DNA of 44,772 nucleotides from Deltaproteobacteria bacterium (GCA_032128375.1 JAQBGU010000132.1:1-44772), one strand, 5' to 3'. Counted from the first letter of the stretch, positions 33,013 to 42,861 are shown. Notes: generated from the sequence alone by a model not told the origin. Numbers and translations are program-made.

Positions 33013-33177
33013 GTCGGCTGTCACGCATTCGGGAGCCTCGTTGTGGAGTGTCGAGTGCCCTCACGGGGATGCGCCTATTGGTCAGTGAATAGCCTTCTGA
33101 TGACGGACATCTCCGATAAGAATTCCCTGAACCGGATGTCCTGCGATGTGCTGAGATTTCCTGAATAGAGGCAATCC

Positions 33178-36100
33178 ATGGAATGGCTGCGGGCCGCGAT
33201 CCCGAAACATGCATGGCTCGTGTTGGTTACCGCGGTGGCTTTCACGCTGTTGGCTGCAACCCAGCTCATCGACTTCCGCACGGGTGACCCGCTGCTGCGC
33301 ATCGATGCTTCGGCCGACCGGCTGCTACCCGAGGGGGACGCATCGCGCGAGTTCTACGATCACATCCGTCGGATGTTCGGAAGCGACGAAACCCTGCTGG
33401 TCGGGCTGTATGGCGACGATGTCTTTAGCGCGGAGAGCCTGCGGCGAATCGATCGACTGACCCGCCGTCTGGAAAAAGTCGAGGGTGTTCACCACGTCTT
33501 ATCGCTGTCCAACGCCGTCAATGTGCGCGGCGTAGACGACGACCTCGTAATCGCGCCGTTCATCGACGAGATTCCCGAATCGGCCGGCGCGCTCGCCGAC
33601 CTTCGACAGCAGGTGATGGGCAACCCGATCTACAACGGGAGCCTGGTCTCGACCGATGGCCGCGGGACCGCCCTGCTGGTGTATTTCGTCGACGTGACGA
33701 GCCGCGAATACATGGCCGCAGGGATCGACGAGCGGATCGTTTCGATCGCCGAAGAGGAGCGCGGCTCGGGCGAGATGTGGGTCACCGGCGGCCCTCACAT
33801 TCGAGCGGAGACTGCGCGAGTACTGCTGGGTGAGGCGCTGACGATACCGCTCGGAATGCTTGCGGTACTCGGCGCGGTGCTGGCTTTCACGTTGCGAACG
33901 ATTCGGGGTGTGCTGGTCCCACTGGTTGCGATCGTCATGGCGGTCGCCTGGACGCAGGGGATTGCCGCCGCATTCGGTTACGAGCTGAATGCGGTGACCA
34001 GCCTGGTACCCGCACTCCTCACGACCTTGGGGCTTTCGTATTCCGTGCACATTGTTTCGGAGTACCAGGAATCGGGCGACGGAGCCGGGACGGACGACGC
34101 AGGTGCGCGTGTCACGGCGACGCTTTCTCACGTGACACTTCCTGTTGTACTCACGGGGCTCACCACGGCCGCCGGATTCGCATCACTGGCACTCAGCCCG
34201 CTGGGCGCCGTGCGTGAGTTCGGGGTACTCTCGGTGATAGGCGTTTTTTGCGCGGTCGGCACCTCGCTGACCGTGGCTCCGGCTCTTCTGGCGCTGCTGC
34301 CTGTTCCGCAGCGGGAGACGACCCGATCGAGCGCACAGCGCATCGGGCGCTTCGATCAGTTCGTCGAGCGCATTGCACTTTTCGACATCGCGAAGCGGCC
34401 GGCGATCTTCATCGCCGCGGCATTGATCCTCCTGGTGTCACTGGCGGGCGTCGCGCAGCTTCGCATCGGAACCCAACAGGTCAGTAAATTCCGTCCGGAT
34501 GCGCCGGTGCGGGTTCATTTCGAAGCCGTGAATGAGCACTTCGGCGGAGCCAACCTGTTCTTCGTGGTGCTCTCGACCGAGTATCCCGATGGATTCAAAG
34601 AACCGGTCAACCTGGCGGAGATCGAAGCGCTCCAGTCGTGGCTCACGGAACAGCCCGAAATCGGCGGTACCACCTCCCTGGTCGACTACTTGAAGCTGCT
34701 CAACCGGGGATTTCACGAGAACGTTCCCGACCAGCTCGCGATTCCCGAAAGCAAGCGCATGATCAGCCAGCTGCTCTTTTTCGGCGCAAGTGATGAACTC
34801 GATTCATTTGTCGACTCGCAGTACCAGACGTTGAGTATCCGCGTGCGTTCGAACGTTGTCGATTCCGACGCCATCTCTGCGCTGGTCGCGCGTATCGAAA
34901 CCCGGCTCGAAGACCTGCCGTCGCACCTGGACGCGTCACTCACCGGGACCTCGATCGTCTTCACTCGCACGCTCGATTCGATCATCCGTGGTCAGGCAAG
35001 CAGCATCGTGTTGGCGCTCGGAATCATCTACGTGATTCTGGCCGCGATGTTCGTGTCTTTGCGCATCGGGTTTCTCGCATTGATTCCAAACGCGCTGCCG
35101 ATCGCGGTTTATTTCGGCGCGTTGGGCTGGACCGGGATCCGGTTGGATCCGGCCACCAGCCTGATCGCACCCATGGTGCTCGGGATCGCAGTCGACGACA
35201 CCATTCACTACTTCGCGCGCTTCCTGCGCGACGCCAAGCGCATGGGTCACGAGGGCCGCGCGACTGTGTCTGCCCTCCGTTCGGTTGGGCGGCCCGTCAC
35301 CTACACCTCGGCGGCGTTGGTGCTGGGATTTCTGGTACTCAACGCGAGCGAGCTGCGATCGAACGCCGAACTCGGCACGATGGCCGCCTTCGCTTTGGCT
35401 TTCGCCTGGCTGACGGATTTCACGTTGACGCCTGCGCTGTGCAAGGGTTTGAAGATCGTGACGCTGTGGGACTTCCTGACTATCGACCTGGGACACGACC
35501 CCGGGCGATCGATCGCACTGTTCCGCGGGCTGCGCACCGCGCGCGCGCGGATGGTCGCACTGATGGGAACACTGGTCGACGTCCCCAAGGGTCGCCGCCT
35601 ATTCAACGTGGGCGAACCGGGCGACGCGCTCTACGTGGTCATCTCAGGCGAGCTACGTGCGATGACCAATCACCAGGATGGCACGCGACAGGTCGCGGTC
35701 CACAGCCGCGGCGGCGTACTCGGCGAGGTTGGCCTCTACCACGACCGCCGGATTGCCAGCGTCGAAGCCGTCGAAGATTCGCGGTTGCTGCGGCTGACGC
35801 AGCTGAGCATCGACCAGCTGGCTCGATCACGTCCGTACACAGCCGCCAAGGTGTTTCGCAATCTCAACGGCCTGCTCGCACAGCGAATCATGGCCTCTGC
35901 TGCTCAACAAGTGCTGAAGACCGGATCGGCGCACGACGCTGAACTTTCCGCGAGTGGCAGTGCGGGCGACGCCGTCAATCTGCTCGTCGCCGATGCCCAG
36001 AAACTCGAGGAGGCGTTCTTCGGGCCGGATGCGCTAGCCAACCTCACGCTCTCAGATGGCCCGGACGATTCGGCATGGGCCGGCCAGCTGGTGGGCTTGG

Positions 36101-36486
36101 GAATCGACACGGGCACCATCGCGGCGCTCACACTGATCCCGCTGATCGAGGTGGCGTGGGCGGACGGAAAAATGGAGGAAAACGAGCGCCGCGCGGTGCT
36201 CGCGGGGGCGGAGGCCAACGGCATCGCGACGAACAGCCCGAGCTTTCGATTGTTGGAAATGCGGCTCAGCGATCCCCCGAAGCCCGACCTGGTCGCGGCA
36301 TGGCGCCAGTACATCGCCACCGCCTGCAAGGCCTTGAGCTTCGAAGGCAAGCTCCGCTTGAAAAGCAGCATCCTGGGCGGAGCGCGAAACGTGGCCGAAT
36401 CCGCAGGCGGGTTTCTGGGGTTCCGCTCGGTGTCGCCTGCCGAGGAGCGAGTGCTCAGCCGTCTCGAACAGGCCTTCGACGAGTAG
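33178..36486 (+). CDS. MMPL/RND-family transporter fused to a cNMP-binding domain and a C-terminal TerB-like domain
   Basis: Two TM blocks with periplasmic loops, LTTAAGF and GIAVDDTIH; GEPGDALYVVISGEL...GEVGL...RIASVEA (cNMP); LEEAFF...LIEVAWADG...E.R...SAGGFLG...SPAEERVL (TerB-like). Confidence 0.88.
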   Translation: MEWLRAAIPKHAWLVLVTAVAFTLLAATQLIDFRTGDPLLRIDASADRLLPEGDASREFYDHIRRMFGSDETLLVGLYGDDVFSAESLRRIDRLTRRLEKVEGVHHVLSLSNAVNVRGVDDDLVIAPFIDEIPESAGALADLRQQVMGNPIYNGSLVSTDGRGTALLVYFVDVTSREYMAAGIDERIVSIAEEERGSGEMWVTGGPHIRAETARVLLGEALTIPLGMLAVLGAVLAFTLRTIRGVLVPLVAIVMAVAWTQGIAAAFGYELNAVTSLVPALLTTLGLSYSVHIVSEYQESGDGAGTDDAGARVTATLSHVTLPVVLTGLTTAAGFASLALSPLGAVREFGVLSVIGVFCAVGTSLTVAPALLALLPVPQRETTRSSAQRIGRFDQFVERIALFDIAKRPAIFIAAALILLVSLAGVAQLRIGTQQVSKFRPDAPVRVHFEAVNEHFGGANLFFVVLSTEYPDGFKEPVNLAEIEALQSWLTEQPEIGGTTSLVDYLKLLNRGFHENVPDQLAIPESKRMISQLLFFGASDELDSFVDSQYQTLSIRVRSNVVDSDAISALVARIETRLEDLPSHLDASLTGTSIVFTRTLDSIIRGQASSIVLALGIIYVILAAMFVSLRIGFLALIPNALPIAVYFGALGWTGIRLDPATSLIAPMVLGIAVDDTIHYFARFLRDAKRMGHEGRATVSALRSVGRPVTYTSAALVLGFLVLNASELRSNAELGTMAAFALAFAWLTDFTLTPALCKGLKIVTLWDFLTIDLGHDPGRSIALFRGLRTARARMVALMGTLVDVPKGRRLFNVGEPGDALYVVISGELRAMTNHQDGTRQVAVHSRGGVLGEVGLYHDRRIASVEAVEDSRLLRLTQLSIDQLARSRPYTAAKVFRNLNGLLAQRIMASAAQQVLKTGSAHDAELSASGSAGDAVNLLVADAQKLEEAFFGPDALANLTLSDGPDDSAWAGQLVGLGIDTGTIAALTLIPLIEVAWADGKMEENERRAVLAGAEANGIATNSPSFRLLEMRLSDPPKPDLVAAWRQYIATACKALSFEGKLRLKSSILGGARNVAESAGGFLGFRSVSPAEERVLSRLEQAFDE

Positions 36487-36645
36487 TAGACCGGTGAGCC
36501 GATCGGAGTTCGGATGGATCAATCGGTCTGGGCGCTGGGAACGGTGCATGGGCGCGACCGGCGAGCGGGCAATCTCTCACGACATTGCCATGTCAACGGT
36601 CGTGTGAGGTGATAGTCTCGGATCTGCCCCCCGGAGGTGTAAAAA

Positions 36646-37056
36646 GTGACTCGATCTCGGATTCTCGTGACCCTCGCATCATTTCTGTTCGCAACCGGGT
36701 GGGGGACGACCGGATGCCAGCATCCCACCGCGACAACGGAGCGAGCTGACAATCTCACGGTGGGCAAGGTCCAAGGTGAGATCATCGTCGGGATGGATGC
36801 CGCCTCGGTGGCGCAGATCCTCGGCTCGCCGAATATCGTCACAACCGACGAAAAACGACGAGAAGTCTGGATCTACGACAAGATCTCGTCAGAGCGCGTC
36901 GATACTTCAAATTCGATCGGCGGAACGATCATCATCTTCGGCGGGCAATCCAGCCAACGACAACAGTCCACGACCCAGAAGACCCTGACCATCATTATCA
37001 AATACGATGAAGAGAAAAAGGTCCGGGACTTTGCGTACAACTACTCGCAGTTCTAG
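36646..37056 (+). CDS. SmpA/OmlA (BamE)-like lipoprotein
   Basis: GGAGG RBS before GTG; TTGC lipobox; I.VGM....V..ILGSP, EVWIY, LTIIIKYDEEKKVRDF. Confidence 0.75.
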   Translation: MTRSRILVTLASFLFATGWGTTGCQHPTATTERADNLTVGKVQGEIIVGMDAASVAQILGSPNIVTTDEKRREVWIYDKISSERVDTSNSIGGTIIIFGGQSSQRQQSTTQKTLTIIIKYDEEKKVRDFAYNYSQF

Positions 37057-37072
37057 CACGCTAGCCAGCGCC

Positions 37073-37699
37073 GTGATCGCCGGCACGAATCTGTGGCTAC
37101 TGAGACGCGGGTCTGCTGTGCTTCTCATTGCGCTCTTGTTGGCAGCAGGCTGCGCGACCGGGCCGCAAACGACACCGATCGACCTGTTTCGACTCTCACC
37201 CGAGAGTGCGGCCCACAAGGCGATGCAAACGCGGCAATTCGAGGCGCCAAACTCGAACGAGCTGCTCTCGGCCTCGGCGGCGGTCCTACAGGACCTCGGT
37301 TTTCAGATCACGGAGAGCGCACACGAGGTGGGATTTCTGAGTGCCGCCAAGGAGCGAAGCGCGCGGGAATACGGTCAGGAAACCACGCGCGGCTTCGTCG
37401 AATTTTTCACTCTCCTGTTGAGCGCATTTGTCATGTCGAACGTGACGTACGTGATGCCCGTCGATCTGCACCAACAGATCACTGCCTCCTTGATCTCTCA
37501 ACCGATCCTAGACCAGGACAACCGCCAGGTCGTGCGAATCGTCTTCTACCGACTCGTCTGGATGGGAGATGGAAGTTCGGGGAATACGCCGATTCCGCCG
37601 GGTCAGCAGAGGATGGAAATGCTCCGCGATCCGCTGTTGTACCAGCATTTCTTCGCGCGGCTTTCGAAGGCCGTGTTCCTCGAAGCTCACAAGATCTGA
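37073..37699 (+). CDS. Uncharacterised lipoprotein (LQDLGF paralog 1)
   Basis: LAAGC lipobox; QTRQF...VLQDLGF...YQHFFARLSKAVF; start inferred. Confidence 0.75.
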   Translation: MIAGTNLWLLRRGSAVLLIALLLAAGCATGPQTTPIDLFRLSPESAAHKAMQTRQFEAPNSNELLSASAAVLQDLGFQITESAHEVGFLSAAKERSAREYGQETTRGFVEFFTLLLSAFVMSNVTYVMPVDLHQQITASLISQPILDQDNRQVVRIVFYRLVWMGDGSSGNTPIPPGQQRMEMLRDPLLYQHFFARLSKAVFLEAHKI

Positions 37700-38190
37700 T
37701 GGAAAGGGCCTGGATGCGCTCTATGTCGATTCGCCCCGCAAAGCGGACAAAACGATTCCCCGTGGCACTCGCGGTCACGATCGCGCTCGCGCTCACCATC
37801 GGAGCGGGTGGCTGCGCCTCACCGCCCGAGACCCCGCAGAATCTTCTCGCGCCGACAGACGAGCAGATGAAGATGCGAAATCTTCAAACGCGCCAGTTCG
37901 ACGTTTCCGACCGCAGATTCGCGATGCGCGCTGTCATCGCGGCTCTCCAGGATCTGGGCTTCATCGTCGAGCGCGCCAACGAGCCTCTCGGCCTGGTGAC
38001 GGCAGCGCGCTTTGCGGAGCCCAACTATTTCGATGTCGTCGGTATTACCGTCACAGTCCGCTTGTTGAACCCGACCCAAATTACGATCCGGGCGAACGCA
38101 ATCTACAACAACCAGCCCATCCGAGATCCCAAGGTCTATCAGAATTTTTTCGCCACTCTCGAACGCTCGCTGTTCATCGGAAGGAACTAG
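37699..38190 (+). CDS. Uncharacterised lipoprotein (LQDLGF paralog 2)
   Basis: ATG overlaps the upstream TGA; AGGC lipobox; QTRQF...ALQDLGF...YQNFFATLERSLF. Confidence 0.75.
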   Translation: MERAWMRSMSIRPAKRTKRFPVALAVTIALALTIGAGGCASPPETPQNLLAPTDEQMKMRNLQTRQFDVSDRRFAMRAVIAALQDLGFIVERANEPLGLVTAARFAEPNYFDVVGITVTVRLLNPTQITIRANAIYNNQPIRDPKVYQNFFATLERSLFIGRN

Positions 38191-38193
38191 CGT

Positions 38194-38778
38194 GTGAAAA
38201 CCGGAGCTCGACACCACTCGTCACCGATGCTCGTGGTGTGCGCGCTAGGTGGGCTGCAAGCGATGGGGTGCGCATCGAATGCGAACCGCCTGGAGATTCA
38301 ATCGGATTCGCACATTCAGATCTGGCTCTCCGAACAGAGCCAGGTCAAGGTACGCAATGCCCAGAGCCGATTTTTCGACACGACCGACAAGCGGAAAATG
38401 CTCGAAGCCGTCATTGCGACTTTTCAAGATCTGGGCTTTCAGATCGAGGTTCTCGACGAAACGCTAGGCATCATCTCAGGCAAGAAGTTCCTCGATGACG
38501 AGCGTCCCGGCACAACGGGTTTGCCGACCTACCTGCTCTATGACGAAGAAAGCCTCGTCATTTTCCAACGCTCCTACCGGACGTGGGGGCCGTTTCAAAA
38601 ACGCAGCGATCTGGTACGCATGACCGTGACGATTCGCGCCCGCAACGTCGAGCAGCTCATCGTACGTGCATCCGCGCAGTACTATTTGCGTCCGGTCGAG
38701 ACCGCAGAGATCTATGTGAAGTTTTTCGCGACCCTGGAGCAATCTCTGTTCACCGAGCGAACGGCCGACAATCACTGA
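38194..38778 (+). CDS. Uncharacterised lipoprotein (LQDLGF paralog 3)
   Basis: AMGC lipobox-like; QSRFF...TFQDLGF...YVKFFATLEQSLF. Confidence 0.75.
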   Translation: MKTGARHHSSPMLVVCALGGLQAMGCASNANRLEIQSDSHIQIWLSEQSQVKVRNAQSRFFDTTDKRKMLEAVIATFQDLGFQIEVLDETLGIISGKKFLDDERPGTTGLPTYLLYDEESLVIFQRSYRTWGPFQKRSDLVRMTVTIRARNVEQLIVRASAQYYLRPVETAEIYVKFFATLEQSLFTERTADNH

Positions 38779-38893
38779 AAGTGGTGCTCGGTCGCTGTCT
38801 GCACATAGGTCGAACCCGGCCGTGGCCCAGCCTGGCGACGGCCGCGCCATCGCGATGGTGTTGCGCTACCCTGCGGCGTGAATCCATTGGGGG

Positions 38894-40561
38894 GTGGATG
38901 TGTTACGACAGACGGGTGCGGGCTCCTTTGCGCTAACCACGAGCCCTCGCGACTACGTGTCCCGGCCCGACACCGAACGCGCGCTCGTCGAACTCGAAGA
39001 ATGGGTTCTGAACGCCGCTACGAGTTCGATCTGGATCACGGGCCCACCGGGTATGGGCAAGACCCTGCTCCTCAAGGTCTTGGCCGACAGGTTGTCCGGC
39101 CGCAGGCTCTGCGTCTACGTCGCGTATCCCATGCTGGCTCCGAAAGACCTCGCCGCCTGGGTGCTCGATGCACTCGGCGGGTTCGCAGGTGACACTCCGA
39201 AGGACCAGATCGTCTCGCTCGCTGAGCAACATGCCCAACAGGGCGGCTTGCTGCTGCTGGTCGACGACGCCAACTCGATGCCGCCAGCGACGCGCGGCGC
39301 TCTCGATAGCTGGCATAGCGAGTCGAATGGCGCGCTGAGATCGGTTCTGGCTGGCACGGATGGTCCCTCGACAATCGGTGAAGCGTGCGTGACCCTCGAC
39401 AAGCCGCTGAGCTTCGAGGAAGCGCGGGCCGTGCTGGCGGTGGCGTTGGAGCGAAGCCAGCTCGAAGTCGAAGCGCTCGCGCTATTCGACCCCGCGATGG
39501 TGGAGGAACTACACGAGCGCGCCCGCGGTGTACCCACGCGACTGCTGATCGAGGCCGGCGTCGCGGTGTTCATCCGCAGCGAGCAGGTGCGTGCGGGCAC
39601 CTCAGCACCGAGTGCGTCGGCGCAGCAGTCCCCTCCCAAACCGCCGACGCAGCCTGCGGTCGGCCCGGCCCCCGAGTCGTCCGCACGACCGCGTCTCGCT
39701 CCCCCAGCGGTAGCTCCTGCCGCGCAGCCCGGCATCCAGAACCGGCTGGCCTCACCAGTCGAACTTCCCGATGTGAAAATCGCAGAGCAGCCTTCGCTGT
39801 TGGACCTCATTTTGGAGCCGGGCCCGGTTCGCGACGGCGTCCGAAACCGGAAGCAGCCACCAGTCCGCGCTCCGCGACCTCACATCCACCCAGCAGCGTC
39901 GTATGCGGTCGTGTTGGCGGCGGTGGCTCTCGTCGTGCTGACAGCGATCCAGCTCATGGATGGCGAACCCGAGCCGGCGGTAACCCCGCTGGCGGCAGAG
40001 CCCTGGATCGCTCAGGAGAAGCCAGTCGTCGAAATCGGTGCGGGCTCGATCGAGTTCGAACGCGAGGTCCCTGCCGCTCCTGAAATCCCTGAGACAGTCG
40101 CCGCCCGCCCGACGACACCAGGCTTTGACGAGCTGCCCGCGGCCCCGACGAAGCCGCCAGCCTCCGAGCTGGCTCGGGCGACCTTGCCGTCCGTCTCAGC
40201 CGCTGGGCCGACCGCACTCGCGCCGCGGGCAACCTCCCCTGCGGCTCCGTCGCGCGCCGCCGCGATCGATGGCACGCAAATTGTGACCGAAGGTGTGATC
40301 CGTCCGGGCGAATGGCTCGCGGCCTCGTTTCGCAGTCACGACATCCCGATGCCGATACTCAACCTGATCAACCGCGAAGTGGGCAACTTGTTCGACTTCA
40401 CGCGCTCGCAGCCAGGCGATCGCTATTCGCTGACTCGCGACAGCGGTGGGGAGCTGGTCGCATTTCGGTACGTCATCGCGAACCGGGACGAACTGCGCCT
40501 TCGCCGAACGGGCGAACATTACACCGCGACCCTCGGCACGGTGTCAGTTTCGGCGCCCTAG
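38894..40561 (+). CDS. ExeA/GspA-like AAA ATPase with Pro-rich linker, TM helix and C-terminal periplasmic domain
   Basis: GPPGMGKT Walker A, LLLVDDA Walker B, ARGVPTRL; TM YAVVLAAVALVVLTAIQL; C-terminal GVIRPGE...FDFTRSQPGDRY. Confidence 0.75.
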   Translation: MDVLRQTGAGSFALTTSPRDYVSRPDTERALVELEEWVLNAATSSIWITGPPGMGKTLLLKVLADRLSGRRLCVYVAYPMLAPKDLAAWVLDALGGFAGDTPKDQIVSLAEQHAQQGGLLLLVDDANSMPPATRGALDSWHSESNGALRSVLAGTDGPSTIGEACVTLDKPLSFEEARAVLAVALERSQLEVEALALFDPAMVEELHERARGVPTRLLIEAGVAVFIRSEQVRAGTSAPSASAQQSPPKPPTQPAVGPAPESSARPRLAPPAVAPAAQPGIQNRLASPVELPDVKIAEQPSLLDLILEPGPVRDGVRNRKQPPVRAPRPHIHPAASYAVVLAAVALVVLTAIQLMDGEPEPAVTPLAAEPWIAQEKPVVEIGAGSIEFEREVPAAPEIPETVAARPTTPGFDELPAAPTKPPASELARATLPSVSAAGPTALAPRATSPAAPSRAAAIDGTQIVTEGVIRPGEWLAASFRSHDIPMPILNLINREVGNLFDFTRSQPGDRYSLTRDSGGELVAFRYVIANRDELRLRRTGEHYTATLGTVSVSAP

Positions 40562-40742
40562 ATCCCCTTCGTTTCGGTCTCGGGCGACCGGCGGGCCGCT
40601 ACGCGGCTTTCGCTGATCCATGTGGAACAGTGTATGAGATCGTTGAAGGAATTCGACTGGCCTCTCGCAGCTGATGCCCGATCCCACACTGTGTTGCAAC
40701 AAAACGACGCCTACACTGGGCATTGGTCAAAGAGTTCTGAGT

Positions 40743-42542
40743 TCATTGCGAGCTGTGCTCTCGCTGGTAGAAGCCAATGATGTCCCGGTAGCAGACGTGT
40801 CCAAGGAGTTTGCGTTGGCCATCAGAGGTTTCGACGATTGGCAGTTTGTCGAACTCGGCATCACCGAAAAACTCGAGTGCCCGAATCAGGTTGTCGTTCG
40901 GGCTCAGGAATACAGTGCGTCGATTGACGATGTCAGCGGCCACGACCAACAACTCAAGATCCTCGAGGTCTTCTCGGCCCTCGAGATCGTTGAGCGACAG
41001 CAGTCCGGTGAGATATCCTCGGTCGTTTTCCAGCAGCAGGTCGCTCTCGCCGGACTCGCGAGAGAGAGATTCGATCTGCGCGAGCGGTAGATCGTGAGAG
41101 ATGATCGCCGAGCGACTGTAGGACCCACGCATCGCATCTGCGATGGTCACGCGTTTCAGAAAATTGGGATTCATCTCCCAGAGATGGGCCTTGCTGGAGA
41201 ACTTGTCGTCTACCTGGGCGGAATAGATCGACCAGCGCCTCGATGTTACGAGCGCAACGATGGCCACCACCATCAGCGGTGGCAGCAGCTCATAGGCGCC
41301 CGTCAACTCGCAGACCATCATGAGCGACGCGATCGGTGCATTGGCCACTCCGGCGAAGAATGCCCCCATGCCCACCACGACAAATGGTGTCACATCGGGA
41401 ACAAGGGTCGGAAACATCTGGTGACAGAGTGTTCCGACACATCCGCCGAGCATGGCACCGATGAAAAGGCTGGGGGCGAAGACACCACCGGATCCCCCGG
41501 ACGAGATGGTGAACGAGGTCGTGACGATCTTGAGCACGGCGAGCACGGCAAGAAACCGAACAGTCGTCTCGATTCCGTCTACAGCTTGATGAAGGATCAG
41601 CTGCTGTACATAACCGAAACCCTGTCCCATCGCTTGTGGGTAGCCGAGGCCGATGAGCCCGACGAAGAGGCCGCCGATCGGTGGAATCAGGTATTTGTTG
41701 AGTGGCAATCGGTCGAAGAACAGACGCTTCGACCCGTGCAGGAAGTTCACGTAGAGATAGCCCATCGCCGAACATACCAGCCCGAGCACAGCATAGAAGA
41801 TGAGCTGTATCGGTGATTGGAAAGATTCACCGTTGTACGCGAAGACGTGTTCGAATCCGTTCACTGAACAAAAGAGCGTGTAGGCTGTCACCGATGAGAG
41901 AATCGCCGGCGTAAGGGCGTCGGTCTCGAGATCTTCTTTGTAGAGCACTTCGATCGCCGTGAGTGCGCCACCAAGCGGTGCTCGAAAGATCGCGCCGAGC
42001 CCGCCGGCTGCCCCCGCCACCATCATGGTGCGGCGGGCTCTCGCCCCCATCTTCAGCGCTCGGCCCAGCGCCGATCCGATGCCGGCACCGATCTGCGCAA
42101 TAGGTCCCTCCTTGCCGGCACTTCCACCTGTCGAAAGCGTCGCGAGAGTGGCCAAGGCCTTCACCATGGGTACCCGCCTGCGCATCGACCCGGCCTTGTT
42201 GTGGAAGGCGTCGATATAGCCGTCGGTCCCTGTCCCCTCTGCCTCTGGAGCAAAGGTTTTCACCAACAGACCCGATATCAGTCCTCCTACGACGGGAAGC
42301 AGGACCAACAGCCAGCGACGGGTCGGGCCCGCCGGAATCGAGATGTCGCCTCCCTCACCTTGCGGATGAGGCAGCGGAAGCTGCGCCCAGCTGGTCATCG
42401 TTAGTTCAGTCGCAGCGTGCAGCAGCTCGTTGAAGACGATTGCACCGAGTCCAGAGAGCAGACCGATGCAGACTGAGTAGACGTAGATCGTGCGCGGATT
42501 GATGCCAGTAAAGAATGCTCGGATGTTGGGGACGTCTCTCAA
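40743..42542 (-). CDS. ClC chloride channel / H+/Cl- antiporter with C-terminal CBS pair
   Basis: GTGTD, GSAGKEGP, FRAPLGG, GGSGGVFAP and ELTG motifs; CBS-like tail. Confidence 0.93.
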   Translation of the reverse strand: MRDVPNIRAFFTGINPRTIYVYSVCIGLLSGLGAIVFNELLHAATELTMTSWAQLPLPHPQGEGGDISIPAGPTRRWLLVLLPVVGGLISGLLVKTFAPEAEGTGTDGYIDAFHNKAGSMRRRVPMVKALATLATLSTGGSAGKEGPIAQIGAGIGSALGRALKMGARARRTMMVAGAAGGLGAIFRAPLGGALTAIEVLYKEDLETDALTPAILSSVTAYTLFCSVNGFEHVFAYNGESFQSPIQLIFYAVLGLVCSAMGYLYVNFLHGSKRLFFDRLPLNKYLIPPIGGLFVGLIGLGYPQAMGQGFGYVQQLILHQAVDGIETTVRFLAVLAVLKIVTTSFTISSGGSGGVFAPSLFIGAMLGGCVGTLCHQMFPTLVPDVTPFVVVGMGAFFAGVANAPIASLMMVCELTGAYELLPPLMVVAIVALVTSRRWSIYSAQVDDKFSSKAHLWEMNPNFLKRVTIADAMRGSYSRSAIISHDLPLAQIESLSRESGESDLLLENDRGYLTGLLSLNDLEGREDLEDLELLVVAADIVNRRTVFLSPNDNLIRALEFFGDAEFDKLPIVETSDGQRKLLGHVCYRDIIGFYQREHSSQ

Positions 42543-42653
42543 GGTTCATTTCCAATGGATCTTGCGCGCAATACGCAATCGTTGGGATCATCCCCGCGGG
42601 AGTCTAATGAACCGGGTCTAGCCTTTCGGCCGACTAGACATTGATCCCGTCAA

Positions 42654-42845
42654 TTGACATCAACGGGGCATGTCTGCATGTATGCAGGCACGAAGCACAG
42701 CACCCTCACCGAGGGGATGCGACACGGTCTTCCTCTCGATCGATTGCAGAAGGCAGCAGAACACAAAGACGTGCGCAGCACCGAAATCTGCGCGGACTCG
42801 ACCCAGGAACAGGCTACCAGCGTGCTCCGACTGGCTCGCCAATGA
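42654..42845 (+). pseudogene. C-terminal remnant of a tyrosine recombinase/integrase
   Basis: YAGTKHSTLT....GLPLDRLQKAAEHKDVRSTEICA resembles the HxLRHSxAT...G..L..IQ..LGH.....T..YA box; ends 17 bp from a tRNA 3' fragment. Confidence 0.65.
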
Positions 42846-42861
42846 CGCGGGAAAAAAATTG

